Source: the human T2T-CHM13v2.0 reference genome, Homo sapiens
Length of the DNA stretch: 64,000 nt
Reading direction: 5' to 3' (one strand)
Assembly (NCBI RefSeq): GCF_009914755.1
Contig: NC_060934.1
Shown: one piece after another, positions 1-13,379 of the stretch
How positions within the stretch are numbered: the stretch's first letter is position 1
How the letters are laid out: the number at the start of each line of letters is the position of its first letter
Notes under the pieces: model-generated
Databases searched by the model: none
Seen by the model: the letters and a program-made list of their open reading frames with translations, nothing else
What the model was told of the DNA's origin: nothing
Program-made: the position numbers and the translations under genes

Positions 1-328
<328 letters not shown>

Positions 329-1742
329 AATCTCATTCTTTTTTAATGGCCATATAGTATTTCATGTTGTTTATGTACCACATTTTCTTTATCCAGTCTG
401 CCATTGATGGGATTTAGGTTGATTCCATGCATTCCTACTGTGAATAGTGCTGCAATGAACACATGCAAGGGCATGTGTCTCTATGGTAGAATAACTTATA
501 TTCCTTTGGGTATATATGCAGCAATGAGATTGCTGGGTCAAATGGTAGTTCTGTTTTTAGGTCTTTGAGGAATCTTCACACTGCTTTCCACAATGGTTGA
601 ACAAATTTACACTCCCACCAACAATGTATAAGCATTACCTTTTCTCTGTCAACTTGCCAACATCTATTATTTTTTTGACTTTTTATAATAGCCCTTTGGT
701 GTGAGATGGTGTCTCACTGGGGTTTTGATGCGCATTTCTCTAATAATCAGTGATATTGAATTTTTTTCATGTGCTTGTTGGCTACATGTATATCTTATTT
801 TGAAAAGTGTCTTTTAATGTCCTTTGCCCACTTTTTAATGGGGTTGTCTGTTTTTTTATTTGTAAATTTGTTTCAGTTCCTTACAGAGGCTCGATGTTAG
901 ACCTTTGTCAACGAATAGTTTGCAAATATTTTCTCCCATTCTGTAGATTGTCTATTTAATCTATTGATAGTTTATTTTGCTGTACAGAAGCTCTTTAGTT
1001 TAATTAGATCCCATTTGTCAACGTTTGTTTTTGTGCAATTGCTTTTGGTGTCTCTGTCATGAAATATTTACTTGTTCCTATGGTCCAGAATAGTATTGTC
1101 TAGGTGGTTTTCCAGGGCTTTAATAGTTTTGGGTTTTACATTTAAGTCTTTAATCCATCTTGGGTGGATTTTTGTATATGGTGTAAGGAAGGGGTCCAGT
1201 TTCAATCTTCTACATATGGCTAGCCAGTTATCCTAGCACCATTTATTGAACAAGGAGTCCTTTCCCCATTGTTTGTTTTTGCAAGCTTTGTTGAAGACCA
1301 GATGGTTGTAGGTGTGTGGTCTTATTTCTGGGATCTTTATTCTATTCCATTGTCTATGTGTCTGTTACGAGTACTATACTGTTTTTGTTATGGTAGCCCT
1401 GTAGTATAGTTTGAAGTTGGGTAACATGATGCCTCCAGCTTTGTTGTTTTGATTAAGATTGCCTTGGCTATTTGAGCTATTTTTTGGTTCCATATGAATT
1501 TTAAAGTAGTTTTTTCTACTTCTGTGAAGAATGTGGTTGATAATGTGATAGAAGTAGCATTGTATCCGTAAATTGCTTTGGGCAGTATAGCCATTTTAAT
1601 GATATTGATTCTTCCTATCCATGAGCATGGAATGTTTTTCCATTTGTTTGTGTCATCTCTGACTTCTTGAGCAGTGTTTTATAATTCTCCTTGTAGAGAT
1701 CTTTCATTTCCCCAGTAAGCTGTAGTCCTAGGTGCTTTATTC

Positions 1743-4317
1743 TTTTTTTTTTTATTTTTATTTTTATTTTTTTTATTGATCATTCTTGGGTGTTTCTTGC
1801 AGAGGGGGATTTGGCAGGGTCATAGGACAATAGTGGAGGGAAGGTTGGCAGATAAACAAGTGAACAAAGGTCTCTGGTTTTCCTAGGCAGAGGACCCTGC
1901 GGCCTTCTGCAGTGTTTGTGTCCCTGGGTACTTGAGATTAGGGAGTGGTGATGATTCTTAACGAGCATGCTGCCTTCAAGCATCTGTTTAACAAAGCACA
2001 TTTTGCACCGCCCTTAATCCATTTAACCCTGAGTGGACACAGCACATGTTTCAGAGAGCACAGGGTTGGGGGTAAGGTCGATCAACAGGATCCCAAGGCA
2101 GAAGAATTTATCTTAGTACAGAACAAAATGAAAAGTCTCCCATGTCTACTTCTTTCTGCACAGACATGGCAACCATCCGATTTCTCAATCTTTTCCCCAC
2201 CTTTCCCCCCTTTCTATTCCACAAAATCGCCATTGTCATCCCGGCCCGTTCTCAATGAGCTGTTGGGTACACCTCCCAGACGAGGTGGTGGCTGGGCAGA
2301 GGGGCTCCTCACTTCCCAGTAGGGGTGGCCGGGCAGAGGCGCCCCTCACCTCCCGGACGGGGCGGCTGGCCGGGCGGGGGGCTGACCCCCCCACCTCCCT
2401 CCCGGACAGGGCGGCTGGCCGGGCGGGGGGCTGACCCCCCCACCTCCCTCCTGGACGGGGCGGCTGGCCCAGCAGAGGGGCTCCTCACTTCCCAGTAGGG
2501 GCGGCCGGGCAGAGGCGCCCCTCACCTCCCGGACGGGGCGGCTGGCCGGGCGGGGGGCTGACCCCCCCACCTCCCTCCCGGATGGGGTGGCTGGCCAGGT
2601 GGGGGGCTGACCCCCCCACCTCCCTCCCGGACGGGGCGGCTGGCTGGGCAGAGGGGCTCCTCACTTCCCAGTAGGGGCGGCCGGTCAGAGGTGCCCCTCA
2701 CCTCCCGGACGGGGCGGCTGGCCGGGCGGGGGGCTGACTCCCCCACCTCCCTCCCGGACGGGGCGGCTGGCCAGGCGGGGTGCTGATCCCCCCACCTCCC
2801 TCCCGGACGGGTCGGCTGGCCGGGCAGGGGGTTGAGCCCCCCACCTCCCTCCCGGACGGGGTGGCTGGCCCGGCAGAGGGCTCCTCACTTCCCAGTAGGG
2901 GCGGCTGGGCAGAGGCGCCCCTCACCTCCCGGACGGGGCGGCTGGCCGGGCGGGGGGCTGACCCCACCTCCCTCCCAGACGGGGTGGCTGGCCGGGCGGG
3001 GGGCTGACCCCCCCCACCTCCCTCCCGGACGTGGGGCTGACCCCCCCACCTCCCTCCCGGACGGGGCGGCTGGCCGGGTTGGGGGCTGACTCCCCCACCT
3101 CCCTCCTGGACGGGGTGGCTGGCCAGGCAGAGGGGCTCCTCACTTCCCAGTAGGGGCGGCTGGGCAGAGGCGCCCCTCACCTCCCGGATGGGGCGGCTGG
3201 CCGGGCGGGGGGCTGACCCCCCCACCTCCCTCCCGGATGGGGCGGCTGGCCGGGCAGGGGGCTGACCGCTCCCACCTCCCTCCCGGACGGGGGGCTGACC
3301 CCCCCACCTCCCTCCCGGACGGGGCGGCTGCCGGGCGGAGACGCTCCTCACTTCCCAGACGGGGTGGCTGCCGGGCAGAGGGACTCCTCACTTCTCAGAC
3401 GGGGCGGCTGCCGGGCGGAGGGGCTCCTCACTTCTCAGATGGGGCGGATGCTGGGCGGAGGGTCTCCTCACTTCTCAGACGGGGTGGTTGCTAGGCAGAG
3501 GGTCTCCTCACTTCTCAGACGGGGCGGCTGGGCAGAGACGCCCCTCACCTCCCAGACGGGGTCGCGGCCGGGCAGAGGCGCTCCTCACATCCCAGACGGG
3601 GCGGCAGGGCAGAGGCGCTCCCCACATCTCAGACGATGGGCGGCCGGGCAGAGACGCTCCTCACTTCCCAGATGGGATGGCTGCCGGGAAGAGGCGCTCC
3701 TCACTTCCTAGATGGGATGGCGGCCGGGCAGAGACGCTCCTCACTTTCCAGACTGGGCAGCCAGGCAGAGGGGCTCCTCACATCCCAGACGATGGGCGGC
3801 CAGGCAGAGACGTTCCTCACTTCCCAGACGGGGTGGTGGCTGGGCAGAGGCTGCAATCTCGGCAGTTTGGGAGGCCAAGGCAGGCGGCTGGGAGATGGAG
3901 GTTGTAGCGAGCTGAGATCACGCCACTGCACTCCAGCCTGGGCACCATTGAGCACTGAGTGAACCAGACTCCGTCTGCAATCCCGGCACCTCGGGAGGCC
4001 AAGGCTGGCGGATCACTCGCGGTTAGGAGCTGGAGACCAGCCCGGCCAACACAGCGAAACCCTGTCTCCACCAAAAAAGTACGAAAACCAGTCAGGCGTG
4101 GTGGCACGCGCCTGCAATCGCAGGCACTCGGCAGGCTGAGGCAGGAGAATCAGGCAGGGAGGTTGCAGTGAGCCGAGATGGCAGCAGTACAGTCCAGCTT
4201 CGGCTCGGCATCAGAGGGAGACCGTGGAAAGAGAGGGAGAGGGAGACCGAGAGGGAGAGGGGAGAGGGGAGAGGGGAGAGGGAGAGGGAGAGGCAGAGGC
4301 AGAGGCAGAGGCAGAGC
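1743..4317 (-). mobile_element. Full-length SVA retrotransposon (SVA_D-like)
   Basis: On minus strand: hexamer repeats (~4230-4316), Alu-like domain (~3860-4225), GC-rich VNTR, SINE-R (~1780-2275), AATAAA and poly-A; 16-bp TSD GCTTTATTCTTTTTTT at 1734-1749 and 4318-4333. Confidence 0.97.
2280..3860. repeat. SVA VNTR (GC-rich ~35-50 bp units)
   Basis: Repeated CCCACCTCCCTCCCGGACGGGGCGGCTGGCCGGGCGGGGGGCTGA and CTCCTCACTTCCCAG units. Confidence 0.95.
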
Positions 4318-7300
4318 GCTTTATTCTTTTTTTGGCAATTGTGAATGGGATTGCCTTCATGATTTGGCTTTCAGCCTGGCTGTTGTTGGTGTGTAGGAAT
4401 GCCAGTAATTTTTTTACATTGATTTTGTATCCTGAAACTTTGCTGAAGTTGTATATCAGCTGAAAGGAGTTTTTGGGCCAAGACTATGGCATTTTTTTGG
4501 TATTGAATCATATCATTTGTGAAGAGAGAGACTTTGACTTCCTCTCTTCCTATCTGGATGCTCTTTATTTCTTTCTCTTGCCTGATTGCTCTGGCCAGGA
4601 CATCCAATACTAAGTTGAATAGGGTGGTGACAGAGGGCATTCTTGTTCTGTGATGGTTTTCAAGGGGAATTCTTCCAGTTTTTGCCTATTCAACATGATG
4701 CTGGCTATGGGTTTGTCATAGATGGCTCTTATTATTTTGAGGTATGTTCCTTCAATACCTAGTTTACTGAGAGTTTTTAACACAAAGTGGTGTTGAATTT
4801 TAGCAAAGGCCTTTTCTGCATCTATTGAGATAATCGTGTGGTTTTTGTCTTTAGTTCTGTTTATGTGATGAATCACATTTATTGATTTGTTTATGTTGAA
4901 CCAACCTTGCATACCAGGGATAAAGCCTACTTGATTGTGGTGGATTAGTTTTTGATGTGTTGCTGAATTTGGTTTGCCAGTATTTTGTTGAGGATTTTTG
5001 CATCAACGTTCATCAAGGATATTAGCCTGAAGTTTTCTTTTTTTGCTGTGTCTCTGCCATGTTTTGGTATCAGGATGATGCTGGCCTTATAGAATGAGCT
5101 AGGGAGGAGTCATTTCTTCTCAATTTTTTGGAATAGTTTCAGTGGGAATGGTACCAGCTCGTCCCTGTATATCTGGTAGAATTTGTCTGTGAATCCATCT
5201 GGTCCTGGACTTTTTTTGGTTTGTAGGCTATTTGTTACTGATTCAATTCAGAACTCATTATTGGTCTGTTCAGGGAATCAATTTCTTCCTGGCTCAGTCT
5301 TAGAAGAGTGTATGTGTCCAGGAATTTATTCATCTCTTTTAGATTTTCTAGTTTGTGTGCAAAGACGTGTTCATAGTAGTCTCTGATGATTGTATTTCTG
5401 TGGTGTCAGTGGTAACATTGCCTTTGTCATTTCTCATTGCGTTTATTTGGATCTGCTCTCTTTTCTTCTTTCTTAGTCTAGCTAATGGCCTATTTATCTT
5501 ATTAATTTGTTTGAAAAAAAAAACAACTTCTTGACTTGTTGATCTTTTGAATTTATTTTTGTGTCTAAATCTCCTTCAGTTCAGCTCTGATTTTGATTAT
5601 TTCTTGTCTTTCTGCTAGTTTTGGGGTTGATTTGCTCTTGGTTCTCTAGTTGTTTTCGTTGTGATGTTAGGTTGTTAATTTGAGATCTTTGTGAGTTTTT
5701 GGTGTGGGCATTTAGTGCTGTAGATTTCCCTTTTAACAGTGCTTTAGCTGTGCCCCAGAGATTCTGGTATGTTGTATCTTTGTTCTCATTAGTTTCAAAG
5801 AGCTTCTTGATTTCTGCCTTAATTTCATTATTTACCTGAAAGTCATTCAGGTGCAGGTTGTATAATTTCCATGTAATTGTATGGTTTTGAGCAATTTTTT
5901 CAGTCTGATTTTTTATTTTTATTGTGCTGGGGTCTGAAAGTGTGTTTGGCATAATTTCAGTTCTTTTGTATTTGCTGAGGATTTTTTTTTATGTCTGATT
6001 GTGTGGTCAATTTTTGACTATGTGCCATGTGGCGATGATAGAAATGTATATTCTGTTGTTTTTGGGTGGAGAGTTCTGTAGAGGTCTATCAGATCCATTT
6101 GGTTCAATGTTGAATTTAGGTCCTGAATATCTTTGTTGATTTCCTGCCTCATTGATTTGTCTCATTGTTAGTCAGTGGTGTGTTGAGGTCTCCCATTATT
6201 ATTGTGTGGGAGTCTAAGTCTCTTTGTAGGTCTCTAAGAACTTGCTTTATGAATCTGAGTGCTCTTGTGTTTGGTGCCTATATATTTAGGATGGTTAGGT
6301 CTTCTTATTGAATTGAACTCTATACCATTATGTAATGCCCTTCTTTGTCTTTTTTTATTTTTGTTGGTTTAAAGTCTATTTTGTCTGAAATTAGGATTGC
6401 AAACCCTGCTTCTTTTTCTGATTTCCATTTGCTTGGTAGATTTTTCTCCATCCTTTCATATTGAGCTTATGGGTGTCATTGACTGTGAGATGGATTCTTT
6501 TGAAGACAGCATACCTTGGGTCTTGCTTTTTTATACAGCTTGTTACTCTGTGCTTTTGAAATGGTGTATTTAGCCTATTAACATTCAAGATTAGTATTGA
6601 TATGTGTGGATTTGGTCCTGTAATTGTGTTGTTAGCTAGTTATTATGCTGGCTTGTACGGTTGCTTTATAGTGTAACTGGTGTGTGTACTTAAGTGTGTT
6701 TTTTTAGTGGCTGGTAATGGTCTTGCCTTTCCATATTTAGCACTCCTTTCAATGTCTCTTGTAAGGCAGGTCTGGTGGTAACAAACTCCCTCAGCATTTG
6801 CTTCTTTGAAAAAAAAAATTTCTCCTTTGCTGAGGAAGCTTAGTTTGGCTGGATATAAAATCCTTGGTTGAATTTTTTTTTCTTTAAGAATATTGAATAT
6901 AGGCCCCTAATCTCTTCTGGCTTGTACGGTTTATACTGAGAGGGCTGTTTTTAGCTCAGTGGGGTTCCCTTTGTAGGTGACCTGCCTTTTCTCTCTAGCT
7001 GCCTTTAACATTCTTTCCTTCATTTTGACCTTGGAAAATATGATGATTACGTGTCTTGGGGAGGATCTTCTTGTGTTGAATCTTTCAGAGACTGTGTATT
7101 TCCTGAAGTTGAATGTTTGTCTGTCTTGAAAGGCTGGGAAAATTTTTATGGATAATATCCTGAAATATGTTTCCCAAGTTGTTTGCTTTCTTTCCATCCC
7201 TCTCAGGGATGCCAATGGCTAAGGCTATGGAACAGCAAAGATGGTGGCCTGTCCTTCTCCCTGGGAGCTCCAACCCAGGGAGGCTCAGAACCACTGCCAG

Positions 7301-8142
7301 TTGGAAAACACTGACAAGGGTGGCTGGTGACCCCAGTCTGAAGGTCCTGTTCAGTAAGGAGAAGTGGGGTCAGGGACCCAGGTAAAAAAGCAGTCTGTCT
7401 GCTTTTTTGTAGGGCAGCTGCACTGAAGGCAACAATGGCTAAGGCTGTGCAACAGCAAAGATGGCAGCCCACACTCCCTCTGGGAGTTCCATCTCAGGGA
7501 GGTGTAATGCTGCTAATAGCAAAGATGGTGGCCCACCTCTCCCTCTTGGAGTTCCATCTCAAGGAGGTGTAATGCTTCTACCAGTGGCTGGCTAGAGTTC
7601 CAAGCCAGTGGTTCTTATTCTGCAAAATGTCATCGAAGTGGGACCTACAGACTGTTGCTGCTCAGCCCCCTGGATTCAGCCCCTTTCTTATAGGTATGTA
7701 CAGGAGTCTAACTCCCTGCTTTGGAGTTGCAGCTACTTTTGCTGGGAAGTCCAGGTATCAAAAACTTCCAGCGGCTGCTCTGCTGAAACTCCACATTGCT
7801 CTGCATGTCAGACCGCAGGCCCAGGTAGAGTGGGTTCACGAGGGGATCTCTTGACTTGAGGGTTGCAAAGAACCGTGGGAGAAGCATGGGTCCCCAGGGT
7901 TGCTAACTCATTCACTGTTTTTCTGGGCAGGGGAGGCTCCTGGCTCTGTGTCACTCCTGGGTGGGCAGTTGTCCTGCCTTGCTTTTCTCTGTTCTCCATG
8001 GGTTGAGTTGTTTTCTTGGTGAATCCCAATGTGTGTTCCTGATGTTTCAGTTGAAGATGCTATATTTACTCACCCTCTATATTTTTCTCCCTGAAAGTGG
8101 TGCACACTAGTTGCTTCTTGTTGGCTATCGTGGTCAGGCTCC

Positions 8143-9045
8143 TATTGTTTTTTTTCTTCTGCTAATTTTAGGTTCGATTTGCTCTTGCTGTTCTAATCCT
8201 TTAAGATGCATTGTTAGGTTGTTTAGTTGATTTTTTGTCTTTTTTGATGTAGGTACTAATAGTTATAAACTTTCCTCCTAGTACTACTTTCACGGTATCC
8301 CATAGGTTTGGTATGTTGTGTTTCATTAAGTTTCAAAATTTTTTTCAATGTCTTTCTTAATTTCTTCATTGGGCCAGTGGTCATGCAGGTGCATGTTGTA
8401 TAATTTCCATGTATTTGTATTGTTTCCAAAATTCCTCCTGTTATTAATTTTTAGTTTTATTCCATTGTGGTCAGAAAAGATGCTTGATAGTATTTTAGTT
8501 TTTTGGAATGTTTTAAGACTTGTTTTGTGACCTAATATATGGTCTATTCTTGACAATAATCCATGTGCTTAGGAAAAGAATGTGTATTCTGCAGCCCTTT
8601 GATGAAATGTTCTATATATATCTATTAGATCCATTTGTTCCACAGTGCAGATTAAGTCTGATGCTTCTTTGTTGGTTTTGTCTGGAAAATTTGTCTAATG
8701 CTAAAAGTGGGGTGTTGAAGTCTCCAGCGATTATTGTATTGGAGTCTATCTCTCTTTTTGCTTTATGTATCTGGGTGCTCCAGTGTTGGCTGCATATGTA
8801 TTTAAAATTGTTAAATCCTCTTGCTGAACTTATCTCTTTATCGTTATATGGTGACTTTCTTTGTCTCTTCTTATATTTTTCGTCTTAAAATCTATTTTTT
8901 GTGATATAAGTATAGCTACTCCTGCTCTTTTTTGGTTTCCATTGGCATGGAATATCATTTTCCATCCCTTTAGTTTCGGTTTTTCAGTTTACGTATATCT
9001 TTATAGGTGAAGTATTTCTTGTAGGCAACAGATCAACAGACATTT
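8143..9045 (-). mobile_element. Older L1M ORF2 (endonuclease region) fragment
   Basis: Frame SRIDHILGHKTSLKTFQKTKILSSIFSDHNGIKLKIN is L1 APE-endonuclease C-terminus. Confidence 0.85.
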
Positions 9046-9071
9046 TTTTAAATGTAGTAAATTTATATGTC

Positions 9072-9366
9072 TTTTTTTTTTTTCGAGACAGAGTTTCACT
9101 TCATCACTCAGGCTGGAGTGCAGTTTCACAGTCTCAGCTCATTGCAACCTCTACTTTCCAGGTTCAAGCAATTCTCCTGCCTCAGCCTCTTGAGTAGCTG
9201 GGATTACGGGCATGCACTACCATGCTTGGCTAACGTCTGTATTTTTAGTAGACACAGGGTTTCACCATGTTGGCCAGGTAGGTCTTGAACTCCTGACCTC
9301 AAGTGATCTGCCCGCCTCGGCCTCCCAAAGTGCTGGGATTACAGGCATGAGCCATGGTACCTGGCT
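9072..9366 (-). mobile_element. Alu (AluS/J, diverged)
   Basis: Poly-T plus two Alu arms. Confidence 0.93.
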
Positions 9367-9479
9367 GATAGTTGTTAAATTGGTGTTCTTATTTGGGCAG
9401 GGGATGATTAGTGGAGCCATCTTCCTCTGCCCCTTTTCTATTCTCACTTTTAGATCTTTTTTTGTGTTTTGTTATAATG

Positions 9480-9990
9480 TCCTCACATGGATATTTTTTG
9501 AATGGGTTCATAGAAGGGAGACTTTGAGTATGAGTTCTTGCATGTCCGGAAGTGTCTAATTTGTACTCAAATTTGATGGATAGTTTAGTATAGAATTATA
9601 GGTTCAGAATAATTTTCCTTAGAACTTCAGCTTGATTTCTTATTGTCTTCTGGCATCTAGTGTTTCTGATAGGCAGTCTGATACCAATGGATTCTCATTC
9701 TTTGAAGGTAACCCTTTAATAGACATCTGTACAATTCTTTTTATGCCTTTATCATTTTAATCTTTGGTGTGTCTGGGTGTGGGTCTTTCATTTATGAACC
9801 CTGTGGCTCCTGGTGGGCCTTTTTAATCTTAAGACTAGACCTCTCCTTCAGTGCAGCCTCCATGGGTATCTGTTCTCTCATCTGTTACTCTTGTTATCCA
9901 GATGTGGACCTTATGGATTGATCCTTCATATCTTTACTCTATTTCAGTATTTTTTCTTTGAATTCTGGAAAATAGCCCCGACTATATCTT
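9480..9990 (-). mobile_element. Ancient L1ME/HAL1-like fragment
   Basis: TTCTTGCATGTC...GATAGTTTAGTATAGAATTATAGGTTCAGAATAATTTTCC resembles old L1 ORF1-region consensus. Confidence 0.5.
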
Positions 9991-10004
9991 TCAGGTTAGG
10001 TGCA

Positions 10005-10121
10005 GTTTTTTTGGTATAAATTTGTGGGGTACAAGTACAATTTTGTTACATGCATGGATTACACTGTGGTCAAATCAGGGCTTTTAGGGTAGTCATCACC
10101 TAAATAATGTAAACTGTACCC
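10005..10121 (-). mobile_element. Short 5'-truncated L1MA-type 3' end
   Basis: GGGGTACAAGTACAATTTTGTTACATG...TGTACCCA; flanked by AGGTGCA at 9998-10004 and 10122-10128 (possible TSD). Confidence 0.65.
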
Positions 10122-10650
10122 AGGTGCATTTTTAACAGAATTGAATAACCTCAATTCCTCTATTGAATTTGTTGTTCTCTGATTGCTTTTTTTTTTCCGG
10201 AAGCCTGTTTGTATGTGTGTATGTGTCCTAATTTCTCTGTGGATGCCCATTAGCATTAAAACTGTTTTTTTTTCCTTGTATTACTTCTGTGCCTTTCAGG
10301 ATTGATTGTTCTGTTGGTTCACAGTGGTCTTTCTCATTTATCTTCTCAGCCTTCATTCTATCTCTAGACCTAATGCATACATAATGTGCTCTCCCAGCCT
10401 AGTGTTTTAGTGCATTTAGACAGAAGTTGTTCAGATATCCAGCAGGGTGGCATGGCTGAAGCCATCTTTCTGTATACTCAGGGGAAGGGAGTGACCTAAC
10501 GGCATGGCATTTAACTCTGGCAGCCTAACCCTTTGTAGAGAAGAACTATTCTGTTTTACAATGGGAATCTGTTGGCCTAGACTTCTTTCGTAGAAGGAGT
10601 TGGGAATCTATATTTATGGAGACAATGGGATTTAGCTACTGTTTCATTAA

Positions 10651-10850
10651 GAATAGCAGTCATTTATTGAGCACTCCCAGAGACATATGTTGTCTCTTTC
10701 TTTCGAACAGCTCTGAAAAGTCATTACTATTTCTCTATTTTATAAAGACATGGGCTTAGAGAGTTAAGGTAACTCTTTCAGAGTCACCTAGTCAGTACAT
10801 TCAAAACTAGAATTTGAACCTTGGGATTTTGGAGGCTCCAAGCCATTGCT
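10651..10850 (-). mobile_element. MIR
   Basis: CATTTATTGAGCAC and GGCTTAGAGAGTTAAGGTAACT...AGTCAC core. Confidence 0.7.
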
Positions 10851-12677
10851 TCTAAAGGGCTTCTCTCTATGGCTTGACTAAAGATGAATAAATACCACAA
10901 CGCTTCACAAAGTCTCAATTTTTAAAAACTGTTTTCTCAACTCTGCAAAAAGAATGTTTTCAAAAGTAGCATTTGGCATAATTCTCATCTTTCCTCATGT
11001 ACTAAACTATTTTAAGAGACCAAGACCTGTTGTTTACTGGGAGAAAAGCTGGTATAGAATTTTGAAGGCCTCTCTTGGAAATAGAAGGATCTGATATCTG
11101 GTGGAGGGAAAGAGGAATTTTTTTTTTGGAAATGGGACTGAAGTTCGAGTGTATCTAAGGGAAAGGGAACTATAGTTAATGAATTAGTGAAGAATACTGC
11201 ATGAGTATTACTTAAAGTGAAACTTAGACAATTTGGGTAACAAAAGATCCTTATCAAAATCTGCAAGGTTTAATCAGATACTATAATATGTGGGGTCATA
11301 AGCCAAGGGGTTTAGGGGTTTATGAAATATAGGTCTGTGGGAGAAATGAGTAACCTATTTATCAACTGAAATTCTTATTTTGGACAGCTATCCCAGCATG
11401 ATGTGTGCTAGCAAAACAAAACAAAAACAAAAATCAAACTAACAAAAATGGGGTGTTTATGGAAATAAAGGGTTAAATAAATTATGATACACACATTAAA
11501 TGGAATCTCTTGTGCCCACACTCTACTGTCACTTCCACAGGCTACTGATATTTCTCTCTGGGCAATAGGGCCCATGCATTTGCACCAACAGAAGCCCTGC
11601 CATCAATACTTTGGCTTTACTCTTCATTTTATTATACTATTTGCAAGCCCATTTCTCCTAGAATCCTCCCATAAATTCCCATTTCTGAAGCTCTCTATTG
11701 CTAAACTTGGCTCGCACTCCCCCTACCGGCAGACCCAACTGTTATTCCCAAGTACTGTAGATTTCATCATTGCCAAAACTACATGATGTTTTTTAAGTAC
11801 CAGAAAAAAATTTGTCTTTAATTTGATATTCTGTTGGGACAGCCAGAGGACAGTCGAGGATAAAAAGGAAGATTTTTATTAATAGTCATTCTACCTGCAG
11901 AAAACCCTCCCTAGATGATGATTTCCTGTATATGTGAGTTTGTTTCATAATTACTCAGGACAACAATGCCCTTGACAGCCAACCAAATTAAAATGCATAC
12001 CCAGAGCTATAATTTTTTTAGCTCTAATTAACCAATTCTGTTTCCTTAAATGTAAATGACCTCTCTTCCTACTTTGAGATTTACTATTTAAGGTTTACTC
12101 AGTACACATTTTAAAGTAGATTAAAAAACAAATCTATTTAAATCTGTTTCAAAGATAAATGCCTGCTACAAGTCTTGTCTTCAGATACTACTCAATAGAT
12201 TCATGTGTGCCTGAGGCATTATGTGGTGTTGGGGAGTAGGCAGAGTTTTAATTTCTACTATATATCCTCTTCTCTCTCTCAACTGTTTGAGTCAATGGTG
12301 GTGAGTGCATTTGCAGACAGCAACTCTCCCCTTCCCCAGGACTGGACACAGAGAAGGCAAATGTTCCTTTCACAGATCCCCTTTCCCTAAAGAGCACAAA
12401 GCCCCATGTTTTCAAAAAAGAAACAGCTGAAAACTAAAATAACAGAACATAGCTAGCATCCTTTTGTCACTATTTGGGTGTGTGATTGTTCTATTCTTGA
12501 TGTTTTCTGTAGAGTTTGACTATTAAGTAAAAGATTTTCTTTGGAAAAAGTACAAGATATGTTGCATGTCATTGTCCCCAACATTTTGTCCTGTCTCAAG
12601 CAATATGTTTTCTTACTTGAATTTTGGTTTTCTATGTAATAAAATGTGTAAGTAAATAAAAATAATGTAAAACTTAC

Positions 12678-12800
12678 CTTTGCCCCAGAATACAGGTGAC
12701 TAAAAAGCAATATTTCATAAAAATAAATGCAGTAGTAAAACTTGGTTAGAAATCATGCTTTTCTTTTTATCTTTTCTTGTAAAATTGATTGAGACTTTTG
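12678..12800 (-). other. Candidate exon (lncRNA or decayed gene)
   Basis: Acceptor CTCTTTGTTGTAG with upstream CTTAAT, consensus donor AAG|GTAAGT; 123 bp; one TGA in frame 1. Confidence 0.25.
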
Positions 12801-13084
12801 CTACAACAAAGAGCCAAATAATTAAGCCCAAATAAGCATTTGCTAATAAAGTTTTTTTAAAAGGCTCAAAAATATTAATTTTAATTTTATTAATATTAAT
12901 TAATAAAAGTAAAACTCAGCCAACAATATGACTTCCATGTAGCATTTCTGCTTAGCAAGGTAAGGTGTGCCGAGGATAAATACTTAGAAAAACTGTAGCC
13001 CAAAGAAAAGTTTTTTCAGGTAGAAGGAATTCCACCAGAGGCAAGGATGCAATCTTTGTCTGTGATCAAAAAGCATGATTATAA

Positions 13085-13379
<295 letters not shown>

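Noticed and set aside
2280-3860. Repeat array with recurring units, superficially CRISPR-like
   Set aside because: No unique spacers or cas genes; eukaryotic SVA VNTR
2346-4171. Many overlapping Pro/Gly/Arg-rich ORFs up to 217 aa
   Set aside because: Artefacts of the stop-poor GC-rich SVA VNTR and Alu-like domain
12678-12718. Signal-peptide-like MKYCFLVTCILGQ just before a splice donor
   Set aside because: Splicing to the 11894 acceptor gives an immediate TAG; I recognise no matching secreted protein
11212-12800. TGA-only stops as selenocysteine codons
   Set aside because: No SECIS identified, no selenoprotein motif; CGA/TGG to TGA decay or chance is far more likely
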